Of a DNA stretch of 64,000 bases, positions 1 through 12,555 are shown one piece after another. Origin of the DNA: Laetmonice hystrix. Lineage: Eukaryota. The stretch covers positions 14,508,001-14,572,000 of the forward strand of contig OZ249437.1 in the NCBI GenBank assembly GCA_965235115.1, in the 5' to 3' direction. The notes below the pieces were generated by a model. The model saw only the letters and a list, made by a program, of their open reading frames with translations. It made no database searches and was not told where the DNA came from. Made by a program: the position numbers and the translations under genes. How positions within the stretch are numbered: position 1 is the first letter of the stretch; each line of letters starts with the position of its first letter.

Positions 1-410
1 TATCTCTAATCGGTACAGGTAGAGAATAACAAGAACTAGTGTATCTCTAATCGGTACAGGTAGAGAATAACAAGAACTAGTGTATCTCTAATCGGTACAG
101 GTAGAGAATAACAAGAACTAGTGTATCTCTAATCGGTACAGGTAGAGAATAACAAGAACTAGTGTATCTCTAATCGGTACAGGTAGAGAATAACAAGAAC
201 TAGTGTATCTCTAATCGGTACAGGTAGAGAATAACAAGAACTAGTGTATCTCTAATCGGTACAGGTAGAGAATAACAAGAACTAGTGTATCTCTAATCGG
301 TACAGGTAGAGAATAACAAGAACTAGTGTATCTATAATCGGTACAGGTAGAGAATAACAAGAACTAGTGTATCTATAATCGGTACAGGTAGAGAATAACA
401 AGAACTAGTG
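1..410. repeat. Minisatellite, 41-bp unit (TATCTCTAATCGGTACAGGTAGAGAATAACAAGAACTAGTG), 10 copies, runs off the left edge
   Basis: Direct reading: unit restarts at 1, 42, 83 and so on; the last two copies carry TCTATAAT instead of TCTCTAAT. Confidence 0.97.
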
Positions 411-3400
411 TGTTAAGTATATCCAGGGTATCTAGTGTATCCAGTGTATTTGAAGATTTGAAGTATTTCACGAGGTCGGGCGTCCGTGTGACCTACGCCA
501 AAAGTACATCCGCTACATTAGTGGTTGACTCTGTGATATATGGCATATTAGTTCAGACTTTGAGGACTTCTCTTGGGCTGTACACATATCCTAATGGCAG
601 AAGTCATTCAAACGTTCAGTTCAGATCAATCAACGTCAAGTAGACTTCAGGGTTGCTTAAAATGTTTTCTACGCCGATGCATATGGCTCTGATGGTTTCA
701 CACCGAAACACTTAGGTTCAGATACTTAGTGACCTGGGGAAAGGGCCTCCGTCTATAGTTTAAGATGGCATTTTTGTTGTTCATCTTGTTATGTTTCTGT
801 GTTTTGTGTTTGTTGCATATCGTTCTGGATGGCACACATTGCATGGTAAATTTTAGATTTGATCGTGCTCTTCCAATTGATTGATGAGTAGAATCTAGTC
901 ATTTAAAACCCATTGAGTAAAGAATTACTGGTTCCGCTGTGTGATGCCATTTGTACAAATAATCACCATTATTATATTAGGCAGAACATATATCCGTACC
1001 CAAACACAAGCTGTATGCTAGACAATACACACCTCCAATTGCCGACTTAATTCTTTTCTTTGACAAATCATAAGGCTTAAATCGCCGAGACTAATTTTGA
1101 GCGCCTATAATATTGAGATGAGCAAGCAAAGTGCTAAATTGTGGTTATGTTAGTCACATTTTTAAACCAAGGCAAATTATTTGTCCAATGGCGATATCCA
1201 AAATGTATAAAGGACGGCGGATAAGCAGATATCACTGAATTTCATTATTTAATCCTACGTTTCCTTTTAGAAAGACTAAATAATTCTGGTTATTCCATGC
1301 ATAACTGTGAACTAAATATTAAAGTCATCTTGTCGCCAAGTCTACACCCAGATCACAGTAACACAGATCCAGCATTAAAGGGTAAATAATAATCATATTA
1401 TATACATAGAAATTGCCTTGAAGTTTCCATGCCAAGTATTGTCATCATGCTTATTAAATTATCGTTAATGAGATCTCCATCTTGCCATTGTATAGTAGTT
1501 GTGCGATGAGATTACGATTAGTAAGATGACCGTGTAAAGTTGCTGGAAACATAAAGCTTAATGGGAGTGCTTTTGATCTCGGGAAGGTATTCATTCTTTA
1601 TGTTTTTTTAACAAGAGGTTATATTACCAAATTCGTCGCTTATACTTTGAGATTTCCATATTGAGTAGATTGGGTTGCCCAACAATTTTTAGATTTAAAT
1701 CAGGCATTGACCTGCTACACGTTTGCAGTTCAAAGAGTCACAATAAAATCAACCGCAATAAAATATACTTTTGCATGCAAGTATAACACGAACATTAAAT
1801 GTTACAAAAAGGATTAAAAATCCCTTTCAGGGTGTCGTATTGGATATCTGTATGCTGTCAATAGCTTATAGTGGCAGAGGTAATAACTGTATTTTAATTA
1901 ATGAAGTATCACATTACTCCAACAACATTAGTCACAAAAGGTAGAGCTCACAGGCTTTGGATTGCTGATAATATTCACCCTCTTGGAAGCATCAAGCCGT
2001 GTTGTCATCTAGTGCCTTTCAAAACCCAGTAAACCAGTACATGTTTATATTACAATCTACGACATTTGAATTTAGGAAAACCCCATTGAAGGCGATTTCC
2101 CTTGCGACCGCCATGCGATTTTTGATTTAATGGTGGAATTTCACTACTTTTGGTATTCTCAGATTATCATGAAACAAGAGTGAAATGTCAGATTTGCTTG
2201 GACACATGAGGACTGTGCATAGTGTGAACTGAAATGTTATTGTTGAATGTATAGATGTGAGAAACCACACAGAGCAATAGAGATATAGGCCTATGTAGAA
2301 CGTATTGTTTCAATTGTTGAATTGATATCGCTATACAGGACAAGAGCATTGACTTTCACACAGACAACAAAAGGGATGCACTCGAATGGTACCTTGATCT
2401 CGGGGAAAGAACCGTGTTCTCGCGAGATTGCTCCAGGTCAGCCGAGATCCCATGGAAATGGAGCAGGGTCTGTACAATTTAGTTAACACTTTGAATTTCT
2501 CCCCATCTCCGATTGTTGCACTGATTGCATGTAATCCACCCTCGAGACAAAGTAAATGAATCTTAAATATACGGAATGTAAGCCTGAAGTATGGTAAAAA
2601 AAAATTGTAACTCCACCCAGCCCCGTGCAACTAAAAACCGGTGATACTTTGCAACACTTCATCTGCGTTGTACTGTGAGCAGATCTATAGAGGAAGGGCT
2701 TTGAATTACCCAAACATCATCTAAAAGCTACAGCCGGGGCATGCGCAAAAACTCTGAATCCGTATGAAATAGCAGTTGCTGATGGTGTGACTGTTCGACT
2801 AATAATCGCAAACTATAATATTTCGAGTAACTGCAAGGGATACACAACACAATTACCCTGATCGTTAGGTGTCGCATTCAGCTTTATTATAGTAAAAGAT
2901 CAAATCTGACATGAGTGTGTGCTTGCTTGTATGTTCTATACATTTGCTTTAGTATCGGAGCTTTTTAATTGCGTGTCCCCAGCTCCCCATACATGTTGCC
3001 TGTCAAAATGTATTCAAGCCCTACAGCCGTGGCTGAATTAAACAGTCGTTGCGAAAGGTCGATTGGGATTTTTTTGTGTAAGGTGTAAGTTGATATAATA
3101 TTGAAAATTGCTGGGATGGCCGTGTTCATATACCTGGCCAAAGATATGGCAAACTGTGGCCAAAAAACCTCGTTGTTAGAAAGATACAGCCGAACATTCA
3201 TCCTGGTCCATTTTCAAATTGAGGTAACACATGCCTCGGTTCTCCAGGCATTAGAAACAATAGAACCACCAAATAAGAGACGTTTGAAATGTTAAGAAAA
3301 ATCTCAAACTAGGTTAAAACGCAAAGAGAATAATTGCTTCTGAGTTTGTTTTTTTTATTCTCGAAAATGCTGTACCACTTCCAGCTTGTGGGCGTACATG

Positions 3401-5598
3401 TCGAGCGGCGTGTCTCGGTTATCTGGTCATATTATGCCGCATTTTGCAACCATTCTCTTGACAGTTTCATAATCTCTTTATTTAAGCGATTCTCTGCGTC
3501 TCTGCTAGGCCTTGTGCATTTTTGGGGGGAAATTACATCCTTACTGTTCATGTCCTCCTTTTACGTCAAAGTGGGTAATCAAATGAAACTTCCAACGAAA
3601 TTCGAATAAGATATGCAATATGGTTCTATCTTCAATATTTGGAATTCTACCCATCAATATTTCGTCGGTGCACGCATCCAATTCAGTCTAATTACGTGCT
3701 CGGTTTTTGTGGGCCTCATTTCGCTGCCTAACAAGGACCCTGCTTCCGTCGTCCCTTAACTCACGGATGTCTCTCATTTGTGAAGAGAGCCATGCGAATT
3801 CATCAGTGCGAATTTAAATTGGTGCAGCGGCCAAACGGAACTTGCAGGCGGGCGGTTCCCAGCCAGGAAACATTCGTAGACAGGCACAGTTCTAGGGACA
3901 AAATACATTTCTATTCATGTCAGTAATGGCACGGCACTCCAAGGGCGCCGAAGTGTTATCTTCAAATTGATCGTTTGTTTTTAACAGCCGAAACTTGTTG
4001 AAGTTTCTTCTGAATTGTCGAGCATGCCTGCCGCCATCAGGACAAACTCACTGGTACGATAATATGTATTTTATTAATCTTCACCTGTTCCTTTCTGAAT
4101 GAGTAATATTCTTAGCCCTGCTAAAACATTAAGAATAAAGGTTTTGTGCCTGCTTTACCTATCGCACAATTAGTTTCATTAAAGGGGAATTTTCTCCTCT
4201 GCCTACTAAATTAATTTTATATGCAGCCAGAGCCAGGGATTACTATATCCAGTTTCGTCATGACCAAGAACGTTTCGAGAAGACAGAACCTGACAGCAGC
4301 ATTGGTGAACCTTTCAAAGAGACCTTGGCTGTATTTCAGAAGAATTATCCATTAGGTTTAATGGAAAAACTGCATGGTTTGGATGCAGGGTTTACGTGAC
4401 TAAAAATATCAGGAGGTGATCAGGTCTCAAAAGGGATCATTCGTTGGCGATTTCACCAAAGCGACAAAATCTCGACAAAGTTTTAGGTTAACGCATGTAT
4501 CTCCATCGTTGCTTTGGCGTGGCAAATGAAAATACAGAATGTATCACACAATGAAAAGAATATTTAGAAGGAGCTACAAATGCTGAATCACGCCGAGTCT
4601 GAGCTCACATGTCATGAATATTATTATTGTATGAACTAAGCTACTGATACAGATAGCATTATTCTTCCAACAGAAGAATAAAATAATGTCCCCACCTCCT
4701 GCGTGCATGCTCATGATACTCTGTCTCTGTGTTCATGAAGTGACATAAGGGCTATAACTATGATATCCCAAACCATCCCAAACCAAGCCTTACGGATTAC
4801 CTTATCGTGAACAAAAATCATTTCAAGGTCTGTAGATTGATTAGTGTTACGTGGGGGACTAGGCAAAAACGTAGATGATGCCTCTGAGTTGATGCGTGTG
4901 CGTACTAGGCCGTTATGAAGGAAGCCAGGAAAGCAGAGCCGGTTGTATAGGTTGTCTTCAGATCTAAGGTGAACCACTCAGAGATCGCCGTGTGGTGCGA
5001 CGAGTGAGACCACCTGCGCGCGCACACACGTCGGGCAGGATCAAATATCGCCCACATTACCCGCACGGTATCCACAGGCCAAGAAACAGGTGGTTTCTGT
5101 TCGACTCATGTACGTATACTTGACATGATATTAGAAAAACATGCCCCCAAAGGGTCGGAGGCGGGGAGAGGGGAGAGAACTCCTCCACAGCATTAACGAC
5201 AGGAAGATTAAGGAGGTGACTTTGTGGTCGTGTCTCTGACATGACGACCCTCCTGATCTGTACCATTATCTGCATTACAGGATATGGAAACTTTGCTGCA
5301 TCGTGTTGAGGTCGATGTCTTTACCCACACATTATCGTGAGGGTCCCTTGTCTATATATACTGATCGTTCTTATTTTAATAACACCAACAGTTGCCGTGG
5401 TGTTGCCAGATCTATATCAACGTGGCAAGCAGGATTCCCTCGAAACGAGCAAAGCGAACAGTTTCGGGAGTGATTGTAGAGAAGCCTTGCAGTGCACAAC
5501 GTTACTCCCTGAAATAAAATAAAAGACTTCCCCGATTCTTGTAAAAGAAAGTAATAGTCCTGGCAACCAGAAGATCATGAACAATATCGCTGAAATGG

Positions 5599-5734
5599 AT
5601 ATATGCCAGCATCAGGTATATGCCAGCATCAGGTATATGCCAGCATCAGGTATATGCCACCATCAGATATATGCCAGCATCAGGTATATGCCAGCATCAG
5701 GTATATGCCAGCATCAGGTATTTGCCACCACCAG
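5599..5734. repeat. Minisatellite, 17-bp unit (GTATATGCCAGCATCAG), 8 copies
   Basis: Direct reading; explains the three overlapping repetitive ORFs at 5577-5809. Confidence 0.95.
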
Positions 5735-5853
5735 GAAAATCCATGTATGCTCTCCACAGTAATCACATCAGAAATCAATTTACTCCATTGCCATGGATCA
5801 CGTGACTAAACGTCGCTCCTTTTACAAATCTGGTAATGGGTGGCTGATATAGC

Positions 5854-6321
5854 ACCCGACCTTTCATAACATTGCGAGAATCAGCGTGTAGCATTACACG
5901 AAGTTACCCGACCTTTTATAACATTTCGAGTATCAGCGTGTAGAATTACACGAAGTTACCCGACCTTTTATAACATTTCGAGTATCAGCGTGTAGAATTA
6001 CACGAAGTTACCCGACCTTTTATAACATTTCGAGTATCAGCGTGTAGAATTACACGAAGTTACCCGACCTTTTATAACATTTCGAGTATCAGCGTGTAGA
6101 ATTACACGAAGTTACCCGACCTTTTATAACATTGCGAGTATCAGCGTGTAGAATTACACGAAGTTACCCGACCTTTTATAACATTGCGAGTATCAGCGTG
6201 TAGAATTACACGAAGTTACCCGACCTTTCCTAACATTTCGAGTATCAGCGTGTAGAATTACACGAAGTTACCCGACCTTTCATAACATTGCGAGTATCAG
6301 CGTGTAGAATTACACGAAGTT
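5854..6321. repeat. Minisatellite, 52-bp unit (ACCCGACCTTTTATAACATTTCGAGTATCAGCGTGTAGAATTACACGAAGTT), 9 copies
   Basis: Period 52 (5854, 5906, 5958...); each unit contains the hairpin CGTGTA-GAAT-TACACG. Confidence 0.96.
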
Positions 6322-6382
6322 GAAGTTCGCTGGTGGCTAGCAAGCAGCAGAACTATGTCTACAACTTGATAGTACCGCCCCA

Positions 6383-6559
6383 GGCCCTGGATTTTAGTTT
6401 GCAAACCAAGGCTTAAGATTCAAATCTTAAGACTGAACTCTTGCTTCAGAGCTTCTGATTGGTCGTTCAAATGAAGTCAGCCAATGAGAGACCATAACAC
6501 AAGTCAGTCTTAAAATTGCAGTCTTAAGATTGGTAAAATGACGAACTGAAAACCGGGCC
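6383..6559. mobile_element. Degenerate hairpin MITE with GGCCC..GG termini
   Basis: Left GGCCCTGGATTTTAGT vs reverse complement of right end GGCCCGGTTTTCAGT; internal CTTAAGA..ATTGG arms are imperfect inverted repeats; TSD not preserved. Confidence 0.6.
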
Positions 6560-8379
6560 ATGGGCTCCTGTGAGACTTCCGACCTTTTCGTGACAAGTGA
6601 TAACTCGATATCACAGCATATGAATCATGAAATAAATATCCGTAGGTAGTATACTCTAACCTTTTAGAAGATAGAATCTCATTCAAACAGTTATAATAAT
6701 TTGCATGTAGTTCAAGGAGATATGACATAATGTTGTTTTTATAAATTAAATATAGTGATAATGATGTATAATGACGCAAACATCTGACTGTCCTGGACCT
6801 GAAAACCAGTTTAATCTATGTCTGTTCTATCGTATCTAAAGAAAAGCAAACCATGACTGTATAGTATTTACTTTGAGCTAATGTTATGTTTCCTTCTTAT
6901 TGTTGTCATAATTATAATGTCATTATCACTAGTAGTACCGGGAGGATTGCTATTGTCATCGATAGTATCGACACGATGTGCTAAGCGATCACCCAGTCAA
7001 TAATGGTATCCAAAATGACTCTGGTTATCAGTTGGGAGATTTATATCTACCCAAACAAAATGGACAAGCCTGCATCCTCTGACACGATTCAGGATTTCCA
7101 ATGTATTTCGCTGTAGGGGTTCCACTATTGTCCATTCCAATATCAAATCAAGCTAGTCTCTATCTGTGGTCAGCCTTTATCAAACGAGTCATTCCGGGAT
7201 CCGGGATCTCTTATCGAGTTTTTAATAATATATAGTGGCTCGACGAGCCGCGATGTCATAATCGACCTCTTCCTAGATGTTGATATTGTCTAGGTCTAAG
7301 ATAAGATATAAGAATCGTAAAATGTTGGTATTGTTCTACCTGCAGCCTCTCGGTACTTTTTCCCCTACACCTCCCGTCTGATGCGTGGGGTACATGGAGA
7401 AGCTCGGGGTCGTAGTAAAACACTGCACCTATTTGCTAATGCATTGCGGCGTTTGTCGAATCTTCGGCTACGTTAATCGCTCGAGGGCGGGCTGGCCACA
7501 CGGGCAGATTGAAACAGGCTAACACTCTGGAAGATAAGTACATTGGTCAAGGTTTGGGGGGGGGTCGATGCTGACCACCGCATGGGGCGGGTCAGACCAC
7601 TGGCCCCCGGTCGGCCGGTACCCCATTTGATCAGTGTTTTCAACCTTCGATCCCATACCACTATGTTATGGCGAAGACTTTTTATTCCGATTCAGGGGCC
7701 CCCTCGCCCAAGCATCCCGGGCAGGTGCCGTATATTGTTATAGTGTGACGTCATTCCACTCCCAATCCTCTTACTTTACAGCGGTAAGCGGGCTTGATTA
7801 GCGAGGAGGTGGCTTTTATTGGGCCACAATATGGCAGATTCGGTAGTCGTCCAATCCAAGTCAGATCTTTGAAATAAGGCCCCAGTCTGAACTCTTTCAT
7901 TAAAGTCTTTCACTCACTACCAAATTCATTGGAACAAAATTCCGTATTAAGTCTACTTTTGAAACGAGGCACAATAACAGCGTTGTCAGAGTTGGGGAAA
8001 AAAAGTTCAGCGAATTAGCCCCACGATAAAGGATTTCGAGAACAGAGCTCGTAATATTTGCATTGGAAATGTGAAAAGGGATTTGGATATTAGGCAGACT
8101 CATCGTTGCGACAAAAACAAAGGTTTATAGGACAAGTAAAGAGGATTGATTAGAAAAAGCTGAATTGTGTTTAATTAGCAATCTAGAATGAAACAGCTCG
8201 AATTCGTAATCATTGTTTCGGCACCATGTGCATTCGGGCTTTTTAAAAGTTTCAAAATCTGTCCTATTTAATTCATAAATATCTTCAGTTTTCCACAAAT
8301 AAAAAGGCTAGGCCTAAAATGTTTAAACATTCGGACGGATACTGTACTTAGTATCGATACCGTCTGCTCCAACATCATG

Positions 8380-9800
8380 AGACCTCCATGGACCCACATG
8401 GAAAGACCGATTATGCATCCCAGTCATTATTCAGTTGAATAATTCAGTGGACTTAAATTTGACCGTCATACTCGCCGAATTAAACCAAGGTGACTTGGAT
8501 CGTTCCGACAAGACCTGTAACCCACGGGAGAGAAGCTGGCTGGATAAAAAGGAGCAGCTTTATTTGTATTTGTAAACTGGGAGGAGCAGACTTGGACTAC
8601 ACCGTGATCTGAAACACTGCATTAGAACAAGCCTTGAGGGTCGTATCCACTAAGCCGGCTGGCTGGTCGGTCAGCCCATTCCGAAGATACATGGACGTAG
8701 TTGGGCCCACTACAATGAGTGCAGACATAATAACTAAGGTACCTTTATCGCAATACGTTTTTCGATTTTTGTTTACTATGGTCTACACAAACTACTACAT
8801 CGTGTCAAAATTGTGGCGCCGGCCGGCGTGGATACGGCCCTTTATTCTCGGGCGCATGCAGTATGTACAAGGTGATTCAACTTGGGACCTTCCAGTGGCC
8901 TTAATCATTGGCCATTCGGCGCAGCAAATCCTATTTGGGTCCACTATGCTCCAGCTAAAAACTGCTCCTGCTCCAAGATAACGTGTATGGCCGTCAATAA
9001 TTATTATCGTTAAGAATGATGTTACAACTACTTGTTTGCTGAACCCAGTTCGCAAATCGTGACTGCCCAGATGCGGAGCCAATGCCATTTATTTCCACCT
9101 TGGCTTCGACTATAAGTTTTTGGTATACGGCTGAACTTGACTTTGGCCATGTAACCATGCAGGAAAGCGATATTCTTCATACCACATTGATTCTGCTGTA
9201 AAATGAATAAAATTGTAGCCGCATAAAATATATTGGCCAATTTCCTTCCGCATTCTCTTAAATGTGACACGACACTCGTAATTGTTGATAAAGGCTGGGT
9301 AATGTAGGTTAGTGGTAATAAACTATGGTAAAAATAACCCCCACAGTTTCCCTGTCGACACCAGTCCTACCACGTTGGTATAGTTCGGTTTTTGTTACTA
9401 TAGTTGTATTTTAATCTACGTATGATATCGTTCTAATGTGTAGGTACTGGGTGAAACGATTGGAATAGAAATAGATGACTCAAAGGAATGAAAGGGGATG
9501 AAAATGTAACTCTGGGTGATTCAGTGGACGAGATTGCACGACTGTATATTTACGACTTGCGTGTGAATGCAGGATGCTGAGCAATGATACGTCATGGAGA
9601 AACACTTGAAGCCATTCCAGCTGCAATTGGTCCACAGGGACAGCCCATTCAGCAGTAACCCTAATTCGGAAAATGACAGACAAGTAACTGCGGACAACGT
9701 CCTTCAGACACTTCACTTGTGCTGAGCGTCCCACATTTGTTGGCATGGTGAGGCAGGATGGCCTCCTTAACCGGATTCGACGTCCGAGAGAACCTTGCGC
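8380..9800 (-). mobile_element. Heavily decayed Ty3/Gypsy pol relic (RNase H-like and integrase core)
   Basis: Minus-strand peptides across frameshifts: RSYLSVIFRIRVT..QLEWL (RNase H-like), SHDLRTGFSK..LTIIIIDGHTRYLGA (first catalytic D region), RIHAGRRHNFDTM (cf. RIHSDQGRNFES), RNGLTD..TTLK, NDWDA. Order is collinear with Gypsy pol; no LTRs seen. Confidence 0.5.
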
Positions 9801-10761
9801 TTGGAATTGCAGCAAAGTTATTAACACAAATAGTGGAGTGATCAAGCACCATAAAAATGTCAACCGACTACTGAGGTAGCCTTGGTTTACTACGAGTCTC
9901 TCATTATTGTTGTGTAGTGCTATGCTACAGTGTTCTCTACAGCCCGCCATTCTGATTCACTCACGCAGCCATAAAGCAAGGTTCGACCTCGCTTAGAACC
10001 AACGCAATATGAGTACATGTATGTTTAGAGCATGGCGGCCGCACTCTGCGCATGGTCACAGTCAAACTGGCTCATCCATTTCCTATAATATAGCACACAT
10101 GATGTTCAAATTAGGGAAGAGGTGCCTATAGGTCTATTATCATGTCACATCTGACAATTGCACGTTATTGTCAAGCCATGATAATGTGGTCATGTGCACA
10201 GAATATGACTTTCAGGCTGATGAGTCAAAGGTTACAAATATCCACAATCTAGGCAGTATTACAGGCAGTCATTACGTGACTGGTATATCATGCATGGTAT
10301 GGTTCTAAGTGAAGACTCTATGTATACACTGTAGTATTACGATACAGATTCCAATCAATATTAGTGTAGAATCTCGTATACCTATCTCAATAATAATAGG
10401 CTTTCCGTGGAGTAATATAGAAATCTGGGCAAATTAGAATAGACCAACAACCCTGAAATATCAACTGAATTGCTTTCTTTGATCATCACCCTAAAATTTC
10501 AGTCGGTCCTCTTCCCCTGCTACCTTTCATTCGTCTTTACAATTCCTCTGGACAAAATGTCTCCGGTGTCAATGATTAAAATGATAAAAATCTCTCCTCG
10601 AGATAATCGTTATTCCACCTAATCATTATAAAATGACGTTATGACAATGTCATCAAGCTAATCGATGATCTGTTCAATTCATATTGTAATATGTTTGCAT
10701 GAATAAAACATAACAACGCTCTCAAAGGAAATCTCTGTCATTTTTCTCGGCCTCCCATCAC

Positions 10762-10891
10762 TATAGGAAATGCCATTTGTTTACGATTATGACGTCATAG
10801 AGGGGGAACCCCAGACTAACGTGCCTACCGGATGTTGCCTACCAATGGGCAAAAGGGTGTAAACAATGACGCTACGCCAGCATTTCCTATA
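10762..10891. mobile_element. 130-bp MITE-like inverted repeat (TATAGGAAATGC ... GCATTTCCTATA)
   Basis: Perfect 12-bp terminal inverted repeat plus internal GTTTAC/GTAAAC pair. Confidence 0.55.
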
Positions 10892-11009
10892 AGATAATTT
10901 TCCTTCTAAGGTAGCTGTGATTTGAATTGTCACAGACCAGTAAAGATTCAGTCTTGCCTCGCGCGGCGAGTGCCTTTTACTTTGAACAAGGAACCTCTTG
11001 ATCCTGGGT

Positions 11010-11600
11010 CATGCGAAGATTGTCTCAGATACGGATAGCATATATTAGACCTTTTACTCCAAACCTTCGGCTTCCACCTTCAGAGAGCAGCTGGTCAAAA
11101 CTCGTACTGCCGTTTTCAATCAACGTAATAGGTCACCGCCCAGGTATTGGTGGCCGTAAGAGCCAGGCGTCTTTTATCTCGACTAATCTTACCCGCAATG
11201 TGGCCCGATCTTGGCGGGTGCAGCGCCTTTATTGCAGTCCCAGTGAGACATCAGAGGAAAGCTCTAAAAGCATCGGCAATATGAAACTACTGAGTAATGG
11301 ATGAACATCAATGGTCTATTGCCTTTCTTATTATTTGGTGTAATACCTACACTGCAGCATTAGAAAACAACGAACGGCACGCTGACTATTGAATGCGGTT
11401 CCTCTGGAATTCGAAACCTTTACCAGAACAATTTTTAAGGATCATAGGACCGGCTCGTCGGACAAAACAGAAGTTCCCGATTTGCTGGCCATCATCTACT
11501 TTCAGGCATGGCCGTTCTATGGTCGCTTGGCCATTCCCGTCAGGTATAGAGACATGGTGAACAAAGCGGAACTTAAACCATTACCGGGGCCTTGCTGACT
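11010..11600 (+). mobile_element. Decayed Gypsy integrase relic
   Basis: GHAKIVSDTDS (cf. G.P.EIVSDQGS), SYPQCG / RVQRL (cf. YHPQCNG.VER), DEH..LPFLLF, PFYGR..IPV, in order across frameshifts and stops. Confidence 0.4.
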
Positions 11601-12460
11601 GCTCAAAGGTCAACGCATCAAACAGGGTGCAAAAACGGCTGATGTATCGGCAAAATGCCATTCGATTTCCTTCTCTGTCTCCAAGCGGTAGATCCGTGGC
11701 CGTACAGACAGTCGGAAGTCATCCGAGCCGACCTTGCACGCCGTCGTCATTTTTAGCTTCTGTAGCCACTGCAGATCCGTCTATTGAATGTAAGGGAAGT
11801 GTTGTCGCCGAGATACAAATCGACTTGGAGAGAGTTTGTCAGATAATGTGTCACCGACATCTTCTGTTCGTCTCTGGCTCCTGTTGAAAACAGACGAAAG
11901 TGGACAGAGGTCAATGGCGTACTTCACCTGTCCTGTCATCAAGATGGAAAAAAAGATGAAAAGTCGAAGACGTGTAGACGCAGGAGGTCGGTTTTATTGA
12001 GTGTGCTGGCTGTATCTTCCACGTGCAGGCATCTGTAATTGGGAGGTCATGCATTTTGAATGTTGCACGACGTACGGAAGCTTTCAAAGGCGGCGAATTC
12101 AGCCATCACTGAACCGCAGAGACATGTTAGCATAGATTTAGGATGACAGTGGGCGGGACAGCAGTGATAAATTCATGAACGCAAGGTGCCACCTCTATTG
12201 GCAACCAACCAGATGCCTCGCCACTTGGAAAAAAGGCCCATCATCTATTTCCCCACCCCTGTCGGGTGGTTCGCACACTTAGCCCCGTCCAGCTTGGTGA
12301 TGAGAACGGTGACCCACTCATCACGTAGGCCCTGTAGCTGGCCGGTTCTCCACTATATAGGCGACTGAACCAGACACCCTCTATATACCGATCACTGCTC
12401 GTTGCTGTATTTAAAAACATTATTTCGCAGATGATTATTCCCCATTCCGATTCGCTCCTC

Positions 12461-12507
12461 CCTCTCTCTTTCTGTCTGTCTGTCTGTCTCCCTCTCTCTC
12501 TCTCTCT

Positions 12508-12550
<43 letters not shown>
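12461..12550. repeat. (CT)n/(CTGT)n microsatellite
   Basis: Direct reading. Confidence 0.95.

Positions 12551-12555
<5 letters not shown>

Noticed and set aside
8634-8981. Plus-strand ORF with WRRPAWIRPF resembling a Harbinger transposase N-terminus
   Set aside because: No downstream HTH or DDE motifs; the opposite strand shows several ordered Gypsy integrase motifs.
9600-9760. Plus-strand VTADNVLQTL..SHICWHG resembling a CHAT domain
   Set aside because: Single short motif with stops; the minus-strand RNase H reading fits the neighbouring integrase better.
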